Source: Trichinella spiralis
Lineage: Eukaryota
Direction of reading: 5' to 3'
Length of the DNA: 64,000 nt
Assembly: GCF_000181795.1 (NCBI RefSeq)
Contig: NW_003526944.1
Location: 1,083,204 to 1,147,203 of the forward strand
Part shown: positions 44,403 to 64,000 of the stretch, piece by piece
How the letters are laid out: each line of letters starts with the position of its first letter
Numbering within the stretch: position 1 is the stretch's first letter
The notes under the pieces: generated by a model
What the model saw: only the letters and a program-made list of their open reading frames with translations
Told to the model about the DNA's origin: nothing
The model's database searches: none
Position numbers and translations under genes: made by a program

Positions 44403-44610
44403 TATGATTCGTATTTTTTGAATTTATTTTACCATCAGATCGTATGGGGAGTGAAAAATAAAAAACACTATTTTGATGACATCTAAAAATCTTGATTATC
44501 CATCACAAAATCATGAAACTTACATAACAGTTCAAATACATTATTCATTTCATTTTTTGCAAATGATAAATGGTAACATTAATTACAAATTAATGCTAAA
44601 TGCAAATGTT

Positions 44611-47600
44611 TCATGAATACAACAAACCATCTGGCCAGTAGTAAAAGCACAAATAACAGTCTGTGATAAGCCTTTCAAACGGTGCAGAAACATTGGAATC
44701 AATTGTGCTGCGATGCAACTGATCTACATTTTCTGGTGATAGCCAACGGCTAAAGTCAGGACAAAGACGAACTTCTGGAACGTTGTGTCCAGTTTCTTCT
44801 CCTGTACAGAAGATATTAACAATAATACAATAGCTATTACTAACTGGATATAGGATATGAAAACGTAAAAAACAAAAAGCATCAGAATCTATTCACAAAA
44901 ATCACCTTCTCTATCTGCCATGCTGTCGAAAAAAATCCAATCCGATTCTGGTCGGTCCCCAACTCTTACAAAGCTAACATAATGCGAACTCTCGATGCAT
45001 AATACAGCAGCTAGCTGTAAAATCACAGGACTAGGCGGTGATCGAACATCTATGCTGGGCAGCGTGACAACAGCATGATCCTGTTCGCTCTTCAGAGCAC
45101 AGTGAAACTATATTTCCAGAAGAGAGAAAAAAATATTCAAAAAGCATATTCTCTACTTCAACTATAAATCTCTAATACCTCTCGAAAGCAGTTGAAGCAA
45201 AAAAATGTTTCATTTAACCAATGAGTTTCTGTCAAATAACATTCTAGACATTGTAAATCAGCTAAAGATGAACATTTCCAGCACACGTGTGGATCTAAAA
45301 AATAAAATTTTAATGTTCCAAAAAATATTAAATACGCTTCACAAACTGGTTAAACAATGCTTTCAGAAAAATCATACTATTTACATTAATAATAACAGTA
45401 AAAATACTACTATATCATTAAAAAAAATCATTCTACAACAATAATTTCTGTTAATATTAAAATGTAGTATGCTGTCAAATTCGAAAGTAAGAAATTCATT
45501 TTGCAAACTTATCAATATATACTGCTCAAACCTTGTAAACGTTGTATTGAAAACTGTCGTCAAACATTGAAAATGATTATCAAAAATCACTCACGACAAA
45601 GCAAAATGCTGGATATGTCCAGCTGCAATGACGGCAAAACACCACGATACAGACGTTCTTTACCATAACGAGGGATTTGGAGAATAAATCGAGTGGGAAT
45701 CTAAAGCATGAAAATCGAAATATATAAAGCCAACACATACTTATAAACAGTAGTCCTTTTTCACAGACCCTCTTTAATAAAATGTTCAAATCAAAAAAAC
45801 TCTGCTCCAATAATTGTTGTACGCTAACTACGGTTTTGCAGCTTTGCGATGACGGCTGCTGATCACTGCAGATAAGTTGGAATAAATAGCTACTTTCATT
45901 AGATCTGAAAAGAATAAAATGTTTTTTCCATATCGATAATGATTTAATGGAAGAAACAATAACAAATACTTACGAAAGTTTAATGTCCGGCTCCACTTGA
46001 CATATACGACCAAAGAGTAAATTGAGAAATTCTTCTACATCTTTCTCCTCTTCCATGAATCCTTTCATGTCAGGAGCAATTTCTGTAATCAGTCGCCGGA
46101 ATTCCATCACACGGTCGGCACGCACATACTGATACCTGTTTAAAGTAAATCACTGAACAACAAGCATATTTACAACACAAACAAAACTGCTCACTTTCGC
46201 AACGGGTAAACAATGTCGCAACGCAGTACATCAACTATATGCTTACGCTTAACATCCATATCTTTCCGACAGTGCAAAAGATAGCTTGAAAAATGATGAA
46301 AACAACGTCAACCATATTTCAAGCAACTACTGTAAAATGTGCATTGAAATGAGAAATTTGAATTAGCAATTAAATGTAGGAACACTTCGGCACAGTTGAA
46401 ACTATCAATTCAACTGCTTCATTGTGGCCACTGCTCTAGTCTTGGGTAGTAATGTGATTTTGTGAAAAACGAACATAATCACTATTATGCATAGCAAGAC
46501 ATAATATACCAAGACAGAAAATGTAAAGTTGCCTGTTTTGAGCAATTTTAAAATAAATACAAAAGCAAGTACCTGTCAAACGCGTTGCAACAAGAAAACA
46601 TTGAAAACAAAGCGGTATCCATGTAACACGAATTACTGTGCCCTTGGATGCCTTTCGGTTTTCCAACTAAAACAGCCAAATCGTTCGAACAAAGGCATGG
46701 CGTGTAGTGAGCAACGTGCCCACTGTCTAAGTTTCCAAATCCTGTTAAAAATAAAGAAAAAACTGTTTAAAACATTTTCTCCAACTAACTAACTCACAAA
46801 TTACAAATTACCTTTCGTAGTGGACAGTTCAGCAAATTCCAATTCCAAATCAGCACTACGGACTCTGTTATCTGAAAGTAATACATGCATAGAATGGATG
46901 AAAATAGTTAAATCAGAATATATACAAATTTTACAGTGGAATATTTTCTAAATGAACTTCTACTGTACTTGCAAAAAGCATCTGTTTCGAACAGTGATCG
47001 ATTGTGATTTAAAGTTTAAAATGCAGAGAAAAAAACCAAAAAAAAAAAATCAAATTCTCACTTTCTCGGTGAGGTTGTACCGGATGCGTCATAACCGAAA
47101 CAGCAGCAGGAGGAGTGTGCATAACACGTTCGGGCAAAGAGATACGATCGAATGAGACGAAGAAGCGGTTGCAAGGAAAAGCAGTGCCGTTCAAACTTCC
47201 TTCCTGAGGTGGATGAATAGAAACAAATTTGTAAAATCGATACCACCGCCAACATCCGCGTACTTCGTCATACCGGTTCGACTTCAAAATAAACAGCCGG
47301 ACTGTCCAACTTGATGGGCTTCACCGAATGTACAATGGCGGCAATGTAAGTGCCATCGTTCATAGCCACTCGGACATGTTCGCCGGCTTTTGCGCGCAGA
47401 AGTTTCTCCAATTGTTCCGAATCACTGTACAGCTTCAGCCTAGTTCAGGCATGATCAATTAGCGAACTACATCCATGACCTGTTCAGGTAAATCAACGAA
47501 TGTAAACTACAACTGCAACTGCTGCATGCAATAGACAAAATAGACACTTTATTTTAACCTAACCAGCTTCTAACTGAACGCCTCTCAACATAATTACTAC

Positions 47601-48179
47601 ACATTTGCACTTTTCCATTATTACATGCAGCTTTTCATACTGAGTATGCAGAAGAGGAACGCCTACCAAAAATGTCCTTTGTCCACTTTCAACAATTCAC
47701 ATTAGAAAAGAGCGAATTGAAAACAGGAAAATAAATAATCACTACTATCCAAAAAAGACACACAGAAATGACAATTGTAAGAGAACTTTGTTGTTCGAAA
47801 AGAATAACATTATGAAAAAGGAAAACATTCAAATTTACCGTTCTTGAAAATCACTGCAGGCTAATAGTAGGCATGCGTGACGTTTGGCCATCGCATCAAC
47901 GTAATATGATGGACATTCGATAAACAGACCTCGAACATCCAGACTTTTCAACGTCAAATTCATTTTCTGCGACCCAACGGAACAGTGCTCACTATTATCC
48001 AATTCAAAAATACAACCCGGTTCTACCTTATAATATAAACAAAATTCATCAAAATATTCAATCGAAAATCACAGCTCGTTTACTTCAACTTGTTCAAATC
48101 TGCCTTTTCTCAAAGCAATTCTACCTTTGCATGTTTTCAAAAGTATATACGCTGACGATGAATCATTCAGTGCAGTCAT
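44611..48179 (-). CDS. cyld-1: CYLD ubiquitin carboxyl-terminal hydrolase (USP with B-box insert)
   Basis: Exons (minus): 48179-48084, 48026-47839, 47439-47274, 47203-47062, 46871-46812, 46741-46573, 46284-46195, 46135-45974, 45904-45769, 45700-45595, 45294-45179, 45107-44906, 44801-44611. Cys box [36 protein letters not shown]-box CWKC..CLEC..CFNC, and His/Asp box [14 protein letters not shown]...[10 protein letters not shown]. The first exon is less certain. Confidence 0.92.
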
Positions 48180-51100
48180 TGCAGAGAAAATAGCGGCCGA
48201 ACAGTCGCAGAACAATATCGTGCTACTATTGCTCTCTCTTTAATTAGTAAACATTGTCGAACACGTCATGAACAGGATGATTACGGTATTATGATGTTCA
48301 AGTATAATTTTTTAATTTTTCATAATATAGAATTGAAAATAAAAAACCATCTTTCAGATGTTTTACACTTTGAATTTGTACAACTTCCATTAAGAAATCA
48401 TAATTGCCTATCTTCTTGTTATCAATTCACTTTTTTAATTTACTATTTACATAGCTTTTTGTTTAACTTCATGGTGAAAATCAACAGTTTTTTGTGCATA
48501 AAATGAAATAAAATAAATAATAATGGTAGACTTAAAATCACAATTACTCTGAAAAATGAATCATAATGAATCGAAATATTATTGTTACTGAACGAAGCCA
48601 ACTGCAGAAGAAATGTTTGTGAGAGGACAAATTAGTTTTGTCCTTTAATTTTCAGCTTCATTGTTTTCAGTTAATTAGTCATTTTTGATTTATAACTGAT
48701 TTTTATCATTTCTCCCATTTTCTTCATCTTTTCACTTTTTCTAGTATCATTGCAATCAAATTGTCAAAAATGTTATTTCTGTATTGTTGATTACAATCAA
48801 GCGGCTTTATTGTAATATGAGCAACAACCGTCCAAAAAGTTTCGGCTCCGTGTTTATCTTTTGTAACTTCATATCAGCATTATCTGACATGGAGAAAGGG
48901 CGATAAGTGATGACAGTATGTATCAGTTCAGTGTGACGAAAATGACGTGACCCGCGTTGATCGGATCGGCATCAGCAAATAAGTGAAAGTGAAAGAAAGA
49001 ATGAAAAAGCAAATAGGAAAGAAACAAAGTGGAAAACAAAAACAAAAACAAAACAATATTATAATTATTACTGCATAATTTAAAATTATGAACAATTTTC
49101 TACCAATAATCATCACCAACTAGAGTAGAAGTAGTAGAGGTTTGATCACAGGTGCTTTGCATCTTTTTGACGGCCGTCCATCAAAGTCTGAGACTGGCAA
49201 GCATGGAAAATTGCCGCACAATTTGCCCAGGTGCGTGACACTGACTGAAGGTGAACTGTCATTTTTAGCCAAAAGGACGATTTGTGCTTTTCATTTCCAA
49301 TCGTCAACAAAATATCAAATCCCCATGCCCGTCTCGTTGAATGACATTTTTTTATCAATATCACGTAAAATTGTATTTCACAATTTAAAAAATTGTCCTT
49401 TTGTATCATTTATCAAAATTTCATCACATAAACATGAAAAACATTGTCAAAGTTACAAAATTATCATCAATGACCATAAAATTAAAATTAGCTTAGATAA
49501 AATTAGAATTAACAACGCATTTTAAAAACAAATCTGTATTCTGAATTATTTTTGCTGATTAAGCTTAGTTTTGTCAAATGTTTATTTTAAAAACTGAACC
49601 GTTGAAATTTTTTCAGCTAAAATCTAAGAAATTGAAAACCTAAAGAAAGGAAAAAATATGAAAACTGTTTTAAAATGAAAAAAGAAAGAAGGAAAAAAGT
49701 GTAACATTTAACAATAATTACCAAATAGTGGAGTCATAAGTTTGAAAATTGAACAGTGAAGTGATCGATGTACGACAAATAATTACATCCGCAATGTCAA
49801 TAAGCCGCAATGTTAATGATTATTCAAATGCAAATTTTGGCAAAATAAGTAAATAACGTCAGTAACGAGAATAATGCAGAGTTGATGCTTGAAAAGAAAA
49901 AGTCAAAAGAGAAAGCACCAGTGAAATAGAAAGACTGACATAGGATAATCAGAGAAAATTATCAAACTGTAAAATCTTTACATATAATTTTATCAGTAGT
50001 TGAAAATCAATACTTGTCGAATATGATCAATAATTCAGTAGATAATATTTATTTTTACAAAATATAAATACTGCTGCATTTGATATTGAAAAAGCAAACA
50101 AATAAACATAAATACAAGTCAAAAAATTACATCATCTTTTTTAATTTATCATACGAAGAGTAAATTGTAGTTGCTATTTTGTAAAAATTGTAAATTTGCA
50201 AGCAATGCTTCTTTGAAATATGCCCAAATTTTCCCATTTTCAAATTGCACTGAACACATACAATACTGGCACTGTTGCTTAGATAGATAACGCACACAGT
50301 CTGATAATTTACCGTTACACTATTGTGAAAAAGAAGATATTTCATTGTAAGCAGTATTTCTTAATTTATACTTGACCAATAGTCAGCTGAAATAGCAATA
50401 ATCAAAGCGTAGTAGTCGGTTTCCGCTTAATACAATCAAAGAAACAATACAACATGCCCGTAGTTGAAAAAGAAGCTAATCAAATATTGTTCCGGTGTAG
50501 ATGAGCTTTTGTGTTGGTTTTTTTTCCTTTTTCTTTTTAGAAAGCACCGTGGGGGGTGTAGGGTTACGTGCCGACCTCGGCGCCAGCCTGATCATGTAGT
50601 CCAATTGTAGTTCTGGTTAATAATTACCGACCGGCTACAAGCCAATTAAAGGACCGGCAATTTACAGGTGACCGCAGGCTAACAGTGGCGAAAGGGGTGG
50701 CGCCAATTTCATTGTATCCTATGCGCAACACGTAAAGCCGACCAAGACAATCTACGAATAACACGCACCGCCGCTTCTTTAGCTTGTATTCGCCCACGCA
50801 ATCTAAATCCACGCTCGCTGTGATTTGCTTAGTCGAGTGCACAGGGCAAATATTTGTCTCGCTGACCGTACCGCAACTTTGGTACCGCCTAATTGCCAAC
50901 TGCCCATTGAGCATCACTTTTGCATGAATTATTAGTAGACAATTTACTGCCTCTATCAAAAATACATCTCAAAAAAAGTGCACATGCATGCCATACATTG
51001 AAAATACTCCCGACGGCTAGTTTATTTGTACAGCAAGAAAAAATGCAAATGTGCAAAAGATGAAGAAGAGAAATAAGAGAAAAATGTTGATGAACAAACG

Positions 51101-51256
51101 TGGACAAGGTGAAATTTGCAAAATTATATGGCAAGAGACAAGAGCAAAAATTAGCTATCAAATAAATGAGAAAATTGAAAAATCACCAGAAATGATGAAT
51201 TATAATATGGTGGAATTGAGGAATTTTTCATTTCAGGAAAAAAATTTCAGTCGCCT

Positions 51257-51892
51257 TTACTTGTTGGAACCGATCAACTCCTGCAATACTCGGATGTATT
51301 CTTGGGCCATGAGCAAGGTTTCAATTTTGGATAAATTTTTTCCAGATTCAATAGAGGGCAACACGTTGCGTAGATTGTCAAAGGCACCGTTCAAGCTGTT
51401 CATACGACGTCGTTCTCTTTCATTAGCTGCTAGACGACGCCGACGCATTTCCGGTTGTCCAGCCGCTGCATGCATATGAGATAGGGTTCGTTTGTTGCTG
51501 TTGCTGTTGGTGTTGTTTCGGCTACTGCTGCTGGCGTTGTTCTGTGAATTAGCATTTTCAACTGTCGTTGTATTATTCAGCCATGATGTACATGCAGCCG
51601 ATTTCGTAGAATAAGTTTCATTCTGTTGAAAAATCACAGACTGCTGTTGCTGACTGTAAACTGATGTTGGATTGACAAAATCTCTGTTACTGTAGTCGCC
51701 GGGTGATTCATACCCATATAAAGTTTGATAGGAGAGGTTGGCTGCATCATCGACATAGCCGTGCAAGCGATCCGTTGGTACTGCATAAGGCATCCAACGG
51801 TTTGATGCCGTTCTATATGTAAATTGTTGTCTGTTCGTAAATGGTTCTTGACCACAGCTGACCATTTGACTGTAAGAATTTGTGGTATCCAT
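51257..51892 (-). CDS. lin-32: Atonal-family proneural bHLH transcription factor, intronless
   Basis: [31 protein letters not shown]...[14 protein letters not shown] is an atonal-type bHLH at the C-terminus. Confidence 0.88.
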   Translation of the reverse strand: MDTTNSYSQMVSCGQEPFTNRQQFTYRTASNRWMPYAVPTDRLHGYVDDAANLSYQTLYGYESPGDYSNRDFVNPTSVYSQQQQSVIFQQNETYSTKSAACTSWLNNTTTVENANSQNNASSSSRNNTNSNSNKRTLSHMHAAAGQPEMRRRRLAANERERRRMNSLNGAFDNLRNVLPSIESGKNLSKIETLLMAQEYIRVLQELIGSNK

Positions 51893-54800
51893 TTCGAGCA
51901 GAATGTATTTAACTGTGAAGAAGCGTGTAACGAAAACAAAAAACTCTTAATAAACAATTTTCATCCACTACCACCAAAACGCTACACTGATACACAACAA
52001 CAAAAACAACATTAATGAATGATTGCAACCGCACTGGTGCTTCTCAAGACTGTACAACCAATTCTGACCAATCAACGTGCCCTGACAAACCGGCATAATT
52101 GCAATCCACGCGTGGCAATTCGACAGTTCGGTCTGACGCCTTAGACGACCTCTTGCGCCGCAAATCCTGATATGACCAACTTTTTCTCTCCCCATCCTCT
52201 CCACCTTCATCTCTAACTCTATTGCTTTTTGGCTTTTCTTCCTCAGTAAACCTCACACTGAAAAGCAGAGAACGAAAACCAATACCAGCTTATAGATATT
52301 TTGTGAAAACACTGTCTTCTTCAGTTACGTAACTTTTGCAACTGCTAATCTCTTCTGATATGCTGTATGTATCATTAGAAGCACAAAAATGCTCTTTTTC
52401 CAAGAAACTTATAAAAGCATAACTATTTTTTGACAGTAAGTAAGTATCGTGAATGAGAAAGAAAAACAAGCATAAGTTTAAAATGAAATTTATCGTTGAC
52501 AAAGCTTCAGTTTATCATCTTAACCTTGAAAATAAATGAGGGCGAGTGTATGACTGCACTTCCGGTAACGCCGGTTGAAAATCGCTTTGTGCAAATTAGA
52601 AAATCAACTACATGCAAAAATTTAACACAAAGACTAAAATCACAACGCTGAGACAAATATGCCTGTATCATTACAAATCATCTGAGAATAAATGAGCATC
52701 GAGTTGTTCATTATGCAAAAAATAATTGCGTATTGTTTTTAATGTCAGTAAAAAAGTACTAAATACGCAATGTGAAATAATAACGTATAAAGTTGTTTAA
52801 AATGCACGAGATTATTTTTTCAAACATTTCAGTTTCATTGATAATGCGTGTTTCACAGAGTTGAAGCAATATAATTAAAGATGATCAGTTAGTTGATTTG
52901 AAACTTTCGTCAACCTCCTGCCAAAAGAACTGGATCAACAAAAATCACACACCCTGCGGCTTTAGGCTTTTTCTTTCATTCTTAAAAACATTCCGCATGC
53001 TTAATATACTTCCTTAGTTAGCTGTGAAATTTGTCACTGCACATTTGTGAAATTGGGAAAAATATTAATAAAAAAGGTAATATGAAACATAGATGTTTTT
53101 ATCTGATCAGATATTTTACAAAGATACATGTAAAGAGGTTGTTGTGTGTAAAAACTCAACAATCAACCGCACAATTGTCGCTTTTGATAGACCAAAACAT
53201 TGAGTGCTTCAATCAGGTCAAGGATGGAATATAAACGTTGCCGGTGCAAAGTTATTTTAAAATAAATTGCAAACGAGTTAAGAAGCGTGGTTTTCCTTTA
53301 TCCTTCTAACCAACAAATAATCACTTTTAACAATTGGCAACAAAACACCGAAAATACTATTGAAATTTTGATCAAAAAACCTCTGCTAAATATGTCTTCA
53401 TCTGAACCAAGTCATAACTTCCTATATTTTTCTTTAGAAATATTAAAAATAAAAAAAACTGAAAGAAAAGATAATCACTGTCTCGCTAACCAGATGTACT
53501 AGTTGAGCTTCGACCTCGGACACTTGTAAGCAGTGCTGTATTCTGAGGTCGCTTTCTACCGGTGACAAGCTGTTCCCTCAAGAGAACGATACGTAGCAAT
53601 CGAGAAAAAATACCTCAAGCCGATTGTTTTCAGAATGAAAACGAAAATAATACATTTTTTTATCCCTAAATCCCTAGTGTTCAGATTTGGTAATTTATAA
53701 TTTTTTTTTGACAAATTTACAGGTTACGTCATTCAGCCAAGAAAAGCATTTGGACAACAATAATATAAGTATAAAATGCAATGAAATAACAAAATCTGTA
53801 ATAATTTTCCAATTCAAATCATACTACTACATACATTGTTCATAAATTTAAAAAAAGAAAATAAAAAATAATAAGTTTCATCTTAAGATCTTATTTCATT
53901 CAATTGAAGATGCAGCAACGGAGAGTACAGCATAATTTTCACTGCGAAGGATCAAATTTCGATGATAAACCCACTGAAGCAAATTTCTACTTTCCACTCC
54001 ATTTATATGCAAATTACAAGAAATTTTCCAACACATTTGCATGCAGTAAGAGTCAGAATTTGCATACATGTCTTTGCCATCAAATTTCTCGCGTAATTAT
54101 TATTCTATTTTGAAATTGTCCTTACTATTCTCTGCTTTTATTTAATTATAATAATTATAATTGATTTCTTTTCCATTTTTGTATTCTTATGCCTTTTTGT
54201 CGTAAATCTTATCAAGAAATTATACTGCTCTTTATCAGCAGAGAAGAGAGAAAATTGTCACAAATATTGTGCATGAATATTAGTGCAAAATAATACAAAA
54301 GAAAACAGCACGCTACTTATTTCAAGTGGACATTCAACAGCAGCCGAAATTACTTTGGCAACAGTTTCAGGTCCAATTGTTGGAAAATTCCATTTCGTCA
54401 GTGGACCGTCGATCGCCATTTTTTAGTTCAACGGCAGACAAAGCGGAGCGCACAGTTTGAAATGTACACCTATCCCGGGTTGAAAAGTGAAGATCAAGCG
54501 CCGCGCCATACGGTCTGATTTCAAAAAACCGTCACGCTAGATGGCTCTCACGCAGCAGGGATGCGCTTGTGGAAAGCGTTACGCGTTACAATGCATACAA
54601 CACAATACAAAATACATCACTAACCTCGATCGACTAGTCTACCAGGAGTTTCTGGACACCTTTTCATGCTTCAAATGCCCAAAACGTCTAAGGACACTGT
54701 TGCTTTCTTTTTCGATGAATAACACATCAACTAAAAATACACATACATTATATAATGAGTGGGTTTAATTTGGAATGATAATTGTAATTTAAATAAACTG

Positions 54801-55852
54801 CCACTGAATTAAGGTACGAAAAAATTTTTTCATCAAAATGATTAATATCTGTAAAATGAAACACATACTGAATGCTGCTACAAATTTAACAAAATGCAAT
54901 GTGACAAAAATAAGAAGTTAAAGGATTGTCAAGTGCCGTCGCCGCGGGTACAAGTCTGAAATTGCATGGCTGAAGTTGGACATTTCTGGGACGACTATGG
55001 TTAATCGACTTGTCACATGTGCGTGCATTACAAGATCAAACCGGAGTTTACAGACGTGGAGAATTAATCTTCTTCATTAGGGTGCTAAATTTGCATTTCA
55101 TTTCATCCGCCTGTACAAGCCCTGTTCATTAAAAATAACATAAAAAATAAAAATTAAAAACGATGCCAAAGAATTTTAAATTGTGTCAAATACGTTGCGC
55201 AGAAATAATGCCATTTTTATATTGAACATTGAATCGCTCATGTGATAGCACATTCAAACTTGCAAATACTTATACAGTCATACTGTAACTCAAAATGTTC
55301 AAAACAGAAATACAACAAATTAAGCTTCAAAGTGAGAAAAAATAATGCAATAACTTACCGCTTAATCTCACCTATTTCAAATTTAACTTAACTGAATAGT
55401 ATACAGCAAAAGTTTTTCCTTCATAACCATTCATTTTCTTCTTTTATTAAACGCAATCTGTCACGAGTTTCAATGTATATATGAAAACTTTTAACGCGAT
55501 GAAATAATAGCAATAACAACATCCTCGAGATTGCATAATTCGACTTTTCCAAATGCTTTTTTGTTTTTATATATCGGGAAAAACTTTAATACTTTTCATG
55601 TTAAAAGAGAAAAATTGAGAATGGTTGGAATCTGCAATACAAAATAATTATAATAACAGCAATAAAATAATAATAGGTACATGTAAATTAAAAAAATATT
55701 TAGACACAAAAAGTGCTACTGAAGTAGTTGAGTACAAGTTGTAGTGGTAAATACTGGCAAAATACAAAAGCCGCAGCAGCTGAAAATTCAAATTTGGAGA
55801 AAATAAACCAACTCAGACAAGCATCTTTTCTTTCTCATTTCAAAACAAACGA

Positions 55853-63389
<7,537 letters not shown>

Positions 63390-64000
63390 CACGTCGGCAT
63401 TGGAAACTCATATCAACCTTTCATTACCAAAAGAAAATAACAAAAAGCAAGTTCTATTGAATACAGAATAGTTGTCATACTGTAGGTATTGGAAATAAAA
63501 TTTTCATATTGTATTTAGCAATAAATTGTTTGCTTCATTTACAAAATAAAAAATAATATAGTAATCATTAAAAAATTTTAAATAATTTTTTAACGTTTTT
63601 CTGAAATATAAAACATTTTATTGTTAAAAATGTATTTGCATGATTGCAAGACATAATAAAAACAGCTGAAGTTATTTTATACATAATACTGAATCTTTTT
63701 TGTTTGCTCTTATTAATTAAAATGTTTTTAATTAAATAACTTTAAAAACAATTCAAAAAAATTTAAGCATGAAAGTTTAGAGATTTTTTTATGATACGTT
63801 TTCTTTTAATTTATTATTGCTGTTCATCATATTTCTAACATATTTTTCCTACTGATTTATTAATATTTGCTATTGATGTTAGAATTAAATTTCATCTGTG
63901 CAAATTTTTTCAGGTTGAATGCAGTGGCTGTTTTAAATTTGTATTTCATTATTTTTGCCAATAAAAGATTTTGAATTTCAAATAAAATGTAAATATTGTT

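Noticed and set aside
46573..46610. Suspected frameshift after the CYLD Cys box
   Set aside because: Re-reading shows the frame is intact ([15 protein letters not shown]).
47440..47838. Two possible extra CYLD cassette exons (47685-47564, 47521-47480)
   Set aside because: Including them gives a stop or frameshift. Direct splicing of 47839 to 47439 restores the conserved ...ER-LKLY... alignment.
50551..50625. tRNA-Ala-like start GGGGGTGTAG
   Set aside because: No D-arm or T-arm consensus (no GTTCRA) and no acceptor stem.

Overview
AT-rich eukaryotic DNA with many short GT-AG introns and TTTCAG-type acceptors. It is most likely a nematode: there is a clear osm-9 orthologue, and an early-branching Trichinella-like lineage is my inference, not a database result. 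Manual splicing supports eight conserved genes: srGAP/srgp-1 (+, 5' end probably outside the window), OXLD1-like (+), an IRBIT/AHCYL adenosylhomocysteinase-like gene (-), the TRPV channel osm-9 (-), CTNNBL1 (+), a compact CYLD deubiquitinase (-) that is largely invisible in the ORF track, atonal/lin-32 (-) and Brahma/SMARCA4 (-). The gene-poor block at about 24-42 kb is structured. Two collinear but diverged arms of about 3.2 kb lie in inverted orientation (25.2-28.45 kb and 33.6-36.75 kb). They flank a core of about 5 kb holding an orphan spliced ORF, a decayed PHD-finger pseudogene, a three-copy tandem array of palindromic (MITE-like) ~220-bp units near the symmetry centre, and tandem exon-like repeats. 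Further arm copies lie at 37.6-39.5 and 40.7-41.7 kb beside assembly gaps. Other notable points are an apparent non-canonical GT-TG intron in osm-9, a candidate srGAP-OXLD1 operon, and loss of two CAP-Gly domains from CYLD. All alignments and exon boundaries were made by eye; no searches were run.
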